Source: Candidatus Gottesmanbacteria bacterium (lineage in GTDB: Bacteria > Patescibacteriota > Microgenomatia > UBA10105 > UBA927). From it: a stretch of 64,000 bases of DNA. Below are positions 59,737 through 64,000 of the stretch, in pieces. Location of the stretch: positions 70,725 to 134,724 of the forward strand of contig JACRMP010000005.1 of assembly GCA_016214885.1 (NCBI GenBank). The letters are read 5' to 3'. How positions within the stretch are numbered: the stretch's first letter is position 1; each line of letters starts with the position of its first letter. The notes under the pieces were generated by a model, which worked only from the letters and a program-made list of their open reading frames with translations, had not been told where the DNA came from and did not search any database. Made by a program: the position numbers and the translations under genes.

Positions 59737-60252
59737 CTACGCCTGAGGTTTTTCTAGGGGAATCTTCTCGGTGATCCACCTGGCCGCATTATCTACCCAC
59801 GTGCGATCCGGCTGCTCTCTAAAAGGTATATGCTGAGCCACCCGTTCCCGGATTTTATCCCTTGGCTGATCCGCCAGGAGTATAATTACCCGCGGCGCCA
59901 TAAACAGGCGCAGAACAAGCATGTGCTGCCCCCATTGTTCCTCAAACCAAAAATCTGCGCACTCTTCCCAACGGTAAAAATGCCCGCCGCTTTCTATACC
60001 TAAATTGGTTATCCGATGATCAATTTCCTCAGGCGGAACGGTCGAAAGCACATAAATAAGAAATACGATGGACAATACAGTGGCAATAAGTACGAATTCA
60101 CGGACAAACACAAGAATTACTGATAACAAAAATACGATCGCTCCGATATTTACAAAAAACTCACGGTCACGCTTTTTAAACAAGCGGGAAGGGGAGCTCC
60201 AGGAAGCGTAAACCTCCTCATCTTTGCGTGGAGAGTGTGCTGAGGCGTTCAT
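59737..60252 (-). CDS. hypothetical 2-TM protein with PH-like C-terminal domain
   Basis: Two TMs then ITNLGI..GGHFYRWEE. Confidence 0.7.
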   Translation of the reverse strand: MNASAHSPRKDEEVYASWSSPSRLFKKRDREFFVNIGAIVFLLSVILVFVREFVLIATVLSIVFLIYVLSTVPPEEIDHRITNLGIESGGHFYRWEECADFWFEEQWGQHMLVLRLFMAPRVIILLADQPRDKIRERVAQHIPFREQPDRTWVDNAARWITEKIPLEKPQA

Positions 60253-60341
60253 ATAATTTTAGTATATCGTGATACACCTGAATTGCCAAGCACACATACA
60301 AAAAAATCTGCACTAGGCAGATAAACATCATCGTGTATTTG

Positions 60342-60426
60342 CGGAGAGGGTGGGATTTGAACCCACGGTATCTTGCGATACGGAAGTTTAGTAAACTTCT
60401 GCACTAGGCCACTATGCGACCTCTCC
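60342..60426 (-). tRNA. tRNA-Ser(ACT)
   Basis: GGAGAGG/CCTCTCC; GAAGT-TTACTAA-ACTTC; variable arm GTATC-GCAA-GATAC; GTTCAAAT; G73. Confidence 0.9.
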
Positions 60427-60432
60427 CTTGAG

Positions 60433-60515
60433 CGGAGGGGACAGGACTCGAACCTGCAAGCCCTTACGGGCGCCAGTTTTCAAGACTGGTTCCTTACCAT
60501 TCGGAGCACCCCTCC
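60433..60515 (-). tRNA. tRNA-Ser(TGA)
   Basis: GGAGGGG/CCCCTCC; CCAGT-CTTGAAA-ACTGG; long variable arm; TATAAT just upstream. Confidence 0.95.
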
Positions 60516-60535
60516 AACGTCCGCATTATATCATT

Positions 60536-61174
60536 CTATTTGAGAGACAGTTCAGTTTTTCGAACAAAATCTTCATAAAGCCCAATAAGCTTGAGCTGAA
60601 GACGGTAATCCTGATAACGAACAGTGCACGTTCCCTGATACCGCACTCTGTGCTTTTTACCGTTTGGAGCAGTAATAGTAGGCTTAATAAATTGCTCGGG
60701 CGGAATACTTAACGTTATGCTCCAAAATGATTTGAGTTGTTCGTAATCCTGATCTGTATGAATCTGTAAATGAATTCGAAACTTTCTGTTATCAAGGCTA
60801 AACCCTTTTCGTAAAAGCCGGATAAATGTATGAATCAAATCTGGATCACTATTCGTAAGTGCCATCTTATTGCTTGCAGGATATTTTGCCCCTTCGCACC
60901 AGTAAATAAGTGCGGCATACAGTTTCGCGCGCTCTGTCGTTATTTCCTTCGCATCGTCTATGGCAGATATCTCAGTGAGCTTCAGTTCTGCTCTCTTTCT
61001 TTCATGAAATGAACTTAATATATCCGATTTTGAATACACCACCGTTCCATAACACCAATTTCTAATAGTCGATGACGGGATACCATGAAGACGGGATAAG
61101 TGGTAAAAAGAGTATTTGTGCTCCTTTCGTTCTGTTCGTATTTGGTCGATGATACTGTCCGAATACCTTTTCAT
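60536..61174 (-). CDS. HTH plus LAGLIDADG-like domain protein between tRNA genes
   Basis: LSRLHGIPSSTIRNW HTH; AALIYWCEG helix; TNSDPDLI..F; FW; GTCTV. Confidence 0.75.
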   Translation of the reverse strand: MKRYSDSIIDQIRTERKEHKYSFYHLSRLHGIPSSTIRNWCYGTVVYSKSDILSSFHERKRAELKLTEISAIDDAKEITTERAKLYAALIYWCEGAKYPASNKMALTNSDPDLIHTFIRLLRKGFSLDNRKFRIHLQIHTDQDYEQLKSFWSITLSIPPEQFIKPTITAPNGKKHRVRYQGTCTVRYQDYRLQLKLIGLYEDFVRKTELSLK

Positions 61175-61261
61175 GGCGGAGAGTATGGGAGTCGAACCCA
61201 TTCAGGACTATTCATCCTGCAGGTTTAGCAAACCTGTGCCTTACCGTCCGGCCCACTCTCC
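61174..61261 (-). tRNA. tRNA-Ser(GCT) with encoded CCA
   Basis: GGAGAGT/ACTCTCC-G-CCA; CAGGT-TTGCTAA-ACCTG; long variable arm. Confidence 0.95.
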
Positions 61262-61294
61262 GTCGCTTCATTATATGTTTTAAAACCCTTCACA

Positions 61295-61969
61295 TCAACC
61301 AATTGATTCACACGTATCCTTACTTTGTATTACCAAAATGACTCCGCTATGGACGGTTATGGTGGCGTAGTCATCGATAATCTCGTTACTAATACCCAAC
61401 GTAGAACCAACAGCAAACGTACGGCGCGAAACATTATAAGCAAACCCAGCAAGACTGAGGATAGCGTTTTTATGTATCGGAATCACAGAAACATATCGGA
61501 AACCAGGCTCACCGGACAGAACTAATAGACGACGCACAATGTATATTTTATTGAAGTTATCCACAATTACTCCATAAATATTGTGCGACGCTAGCTTCTG
61601 CAACACATGAATTGCCCCCATGGCATGGTCAAACCGCTTCCCTGTAGCCCCATAAATCCGCACCTCAGAAGGTCGCATCGGTATCACTTCTTCTGAGGCA
61701 AGTTCTAAATCTGTCACGTCTTTTTCCGGAGGGTGTTCTATGTATTTATGAACGCCATTATGGATCCTCCGCTTTTGTGTAGCCGTCACCGAATCGAAAT
61801 CGCCGATGGCCACATCGGGAGTGACCCCGTTATCCATAAGCCATAACGCTCCCCGGTCTACCCCAATGATCACGGAGGCGGCGCGTATGGACGGCAAAAA
61901 TCGACGGGAAAGCACTCCACCCGCGACTATAGATACAATTTTAGATTGTCCTGACGCTCTGATACTCAT
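61295..61969 (-). CDS. thiN: thiamine diphosphokinase
   Basis: GVDRGA, GDFDS, EKDVTDLELA, GATGKRFDH, GISNE. Confidence 0.92.
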   Translation of the reverse strand: MSIRASGQSKIVSIVAGGVLSRRFLPSIRAASVIIGVDRGALWLMDNGVTPDVAIGDFDSVTATQKRRIHNGVHKYIEHPPEKDVTDLELASEEVIPMRPSEVRIYGATGKRFDHAMGAIHVLQKLASHNIYGVIVDNFNKIYIVRRLLVLSGEPGFRYVSVIPIHKNAILSLAGFAYNVSRRTFAVGSTLGISNEIIDDYATITVHSGVILVIQSKDTCESIG

Positions 61970-61970
61970 A

Positions 61971-62648
61971 TTATCGTGCCAACGTAACACCCCAAACGGT
62001 ATGTGTTCCGGCGCGCTTCAGTGTAGCCGCTGCCGACCGCAATGTCGCACCGGTTGTAAACACATCATCCACCAGTAAAATATTCATAGCCCTTTTATAT
62101 CCTGCAGTCACGGCAAAAATCCCCTTCATGTTTATAAGCCGCTCCTCCCTGTTGGAAAGAGCTACCTGCGGCGCAGTTTGTTTTGTGCGCCGTAGCATAT
62201 CGGTTTGCATGGGGATATGCAACACCATCCCAAGCTCGCGTCCTATTACTTCCGCCTGATTAAACCCCCTATCCCTCTCCCGGGTCACGTGAAGCGGAAC
62301 AGGAACGATAATTGCACCGGATGATAATTCCCAAAACCGAAACATCTGCTCCGGAACGATAGAAACTAAATCATGCGCCAAATCGGAAACCAGCCGGTAC
62401 TTCATGGATTTTATAGCCCGGCGTATCACTCCTGTATACCGAAAAAAGCTTGTAAGGCCATCAAGCCCATAGCGGGTACGGCAACGGGGATGCGTCCTGC
62501 CGCCCATGGCAAAACCACCACACATAGGACAAATTGCTTCATTTACGGCGATGAGGGGCAACGCGGATATACACCGGGAACAAAAATACCTGCCTAGCCT
62601 CCCACAGCCAACACACCGCTTGGGAAATATGACATCGAGGAAAGACAC
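61971..62648 (-). CDS. comF: ComF family competence protein (double Zn ribbon plus PRTase)
   Basis: CVGC, CSRC, CPMC, VPVPLH..R..RGFNQ, LVDDVFTTGAT. Confidence 0.93.
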   Translation of the reverse strand: MSFLDVIFPKRCVGCGRLGRYFCSRCISALPLIAVNEAICPMCGGFAMGGRTHPRCRTRYGLDGLTSFFRYTGVIRRAIKSMKYRLVSDLAHDLVSIVPEQMFRFWELSSGAIIVPVPLHVTRERDRGFNQAEVIGRELGMVLHIPMQTDMLRRTKQTAPQVALSNREERLINMKGIFAVTAGYKRAMNILLVDDVFTTGATLRSAAATLKRAGTHTVWGVTLAR

Positions 62649-62701
62649 AATAAAGCCTCCTTATACCATTGTACAAGGAGGCAGCATTGCTTGCCCTATC
62701 T

Positions 62702-62722
62702 CCCCCCGCCGATGGCGGGGGG
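62702..62722 (-). terminator. GC hairpin just downstream of tmRNA
   Basis: CCCCCCGCC/GGCGGGGGG 9-bp stem; no T tract, so its role is uncertain. Confidence 0.45.
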
Positions 62723-62732
62723 CGCGAATGGG

Positions 62733-63146
62733 TGGAGATGCCGAGTAATGAGCTCGGGTCCGAAGGAATACATCAAAAACTTCTACAAGCGTAGTCCGTT
62801 TAATTCTCCAGAAAAGACAAAAGCGGACAAATACTTCCCTGGAGGGTTGATCGAAAAATTCTCCAGCTGTTCCCGATCATGAACAGCCTGACGGCCTGGC
62901 TTTGTTTACACCCCGGAAATCCTCACCAGACGAAAGAATAATCGGGATGGATCTTAGTTGGCGTACGCGTAAGCGTAAGCTGACTGTGATCGCTTAAGGG
63001 CAAGCCGTTCTACAAGGTAGGCGTACTTTTCCTCAAGCTCGCTAAGTGTATTAGCAATTATCATTTGACAATAATTTTTACGGCTCTTTTGTCGTCGCCG
63101 GCTTGCTGTTTTTTAATGTGCTCGCATCGTCGATGCAATCATCCCC
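62733..63146 (-). ncRNA. ssrA: tmRNA
   Basis: GGGGATG/CATCTCC-A acceptor with G3-U70; GGAC-CCGAG..CTCGG T arm; tag frame 63055-62954; adjacent to smpB. Confidence 0.93.
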
Positions 63147-63589
63147 TATTTGACTTTACCCCGAAAATCCCGCTCCAATTCCCTTTTTTGCTGCTCCCGC
63201 CTCATTTTCTCCCGTTTTTCGTATTGTTTCTTCCCGCGGGCGAGCCCCACTTCGAGCTTAATTCTGGGGCCTTTAGTATACCAGCTTATAGGAATAAGGG
63301 TCAAATTAGCGCCATCTATCTTGCTTTTTATGCTGATAAGCTCGCGCTTGTGGAGGAGGAGCTTTCTGGTCTTTTTGGGGTCGTATCCTTCGGGGCGGGC
63401 GTACAAATAGGGAAAAATATGGGCGTTGATTAAGTACGCCTCGCTACCCAGAATACGCACGAACGATCCGTCAAGCTTAGCGTGCCCGCTTCGCAACGAC
63501 TTCACCTCCTGCCCACTAAGCACAATCCCTGCTTCAAACCGGTCAAGGATCTCGTAATCGAACGTGGCTTTTTTGTTGACTATTTTCAT
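63146..63589 (-). CDS. smpB: SsrA-binding protein
   Basis: NKKATFDY, EAGIVLSGQEVKSLR, RKLLLHKRE, ARGKK.YEKRE; true start ATG 63589. Confidence 0.97.
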   Translation of the reverse strand: MKIVNKKATFDYEILDRFEAGIVLSGQEVKSLRSGHAKLDGSFVRILGSEAYLINAHIFPYLYARPEGYDPKKTRKLLLHKRELISIKSKIDGANLTLIPISWYTKGPRIKLEVGLARGKKQYEKREKMRREQQKRELERDFRGKVK

Positions 63590-63602
63590 ATTCCAGTAAG
63601 GA

Positions 63603-64000
63603 TCATTTAAGATCCGTGGAATAGATTTTACCCTCTGCGAGCAAAAAAAGCTTGCCGGAAGATTCTGACACGACAAGTGAAGTCGGCTGGAAGCCTGCTT
63701 TCCATACATACTGCGCCATATATAATCCGTCCTTATCAAACACCACCACCCGCTGATACTCATGGTCTAAGACATACACCATTTTGAGCTCGTCGTGCGT
63801 ATATACACTAAGCCGTTTGCCAAGCGGCATATCCATCCCCTGAAGCGAATAGCTGTTTTCCTTCCCCTGTGTAAACCGCATGACTACCCCGTTGGTTGTC
63901 CCCAGCCACACGGATCCGTCAATAGACAGGTTAGTTGCATGAGATAAATCCGGAAGCGTATCGGGGTTTAAGTATTCAAACAACTCACTGAAGCCTTTTT
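63603..64000 (-). CDS. C-terminal part of a beta-propeller (NHL-like) protein; runs off the window
   Basis: Open to window end; SIDGSVW, VYVLD..RVVVFDKDG blades. Confidence 0.6.
   Translation of the reverse strand, partial: KGFSELFEYLNPDTLPDLSHATNLSIDGSVWLGTTNGVVMRFTQGKENSYSLQGMDMPLGKRLSVYTHDELKMVYVLDHEYQRVVVFDKDGLYMAQYVWKAGFQPTSLVVSESSGKLFLLAEGKIYSTDLK

Noticed and set aside
60307-60409. 12-bp direct repeat TCTGCACTAGGC in and downstream of tRNA-Ser(ACT)
   Set aside because: Short, matches the D-arm region rather than an att-type 3' end, and the outer copy is part of a terminator-like hairpin; may be chance
1-64000. UGA-to-Gly recoding as in Gracilibacteria/Absconditabacteria
   Set aside because: Long genes are intact under code 11 and several end at TGA with ATGA coupling to the next gene
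1-64000. CRISPR array, transposase, integrase or prophage
   Set aside because: No regularly spaced repeats and no ORF with such motifs found by eye; short or degenerate repeats could have been missed

Overview
A 64-kb bacterial chromosome segment in genetic code 11. Gene content suggests a Patescibacteria/CPR (Microgenomates-like) organism; this is inference from a type IV pilus locus with no secretin in the window, comF, tRNA-Arg(GCG) and a tRNA-linked HTH/LAGLIDADG-like gene. Core genes are typA, rpoD, dnaG, thiN, comF, smpB and ssrA, plus seven tRNAs (five Ser, two Arg). Accessory genes cover surface and glycan modification (GT-C, SGNH, methyltransferases, sulfatase-like proteins, ASST), alpha-glucan metabolism (malQ-HAD fusion, glgA), nucleotide house-cleaning and a small stress-protein cluster. 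Best candidates for new biology: (1) a four-gene cassette of two adenylating enzymes (PaaK-like, ThiF-like), a 7TM-GAF histidine kinase and a receiver protein inside the type IV pilus locus, resembling a signal synthase/sensor system; (2) the smpB stop codon shares its G with tmRNA G1, so tmRNA maturation should leave a non-stop smpB mRNA; (3) an intact tRNA-Ser with the rare anticodon ACU near tRNA-Arg(GCG); (4) a GT-C glycosyltransferase fused to non-catalytic class B PBP domains; (5) a leader-peptide attenuator before an FTR1 iron permease; (6) a 33-residue tmRNA tag. Many genes appear leaderless. No CRISPR array, transposase or integrase was seen. All family calls come from motif recognition by eye, not database searches.
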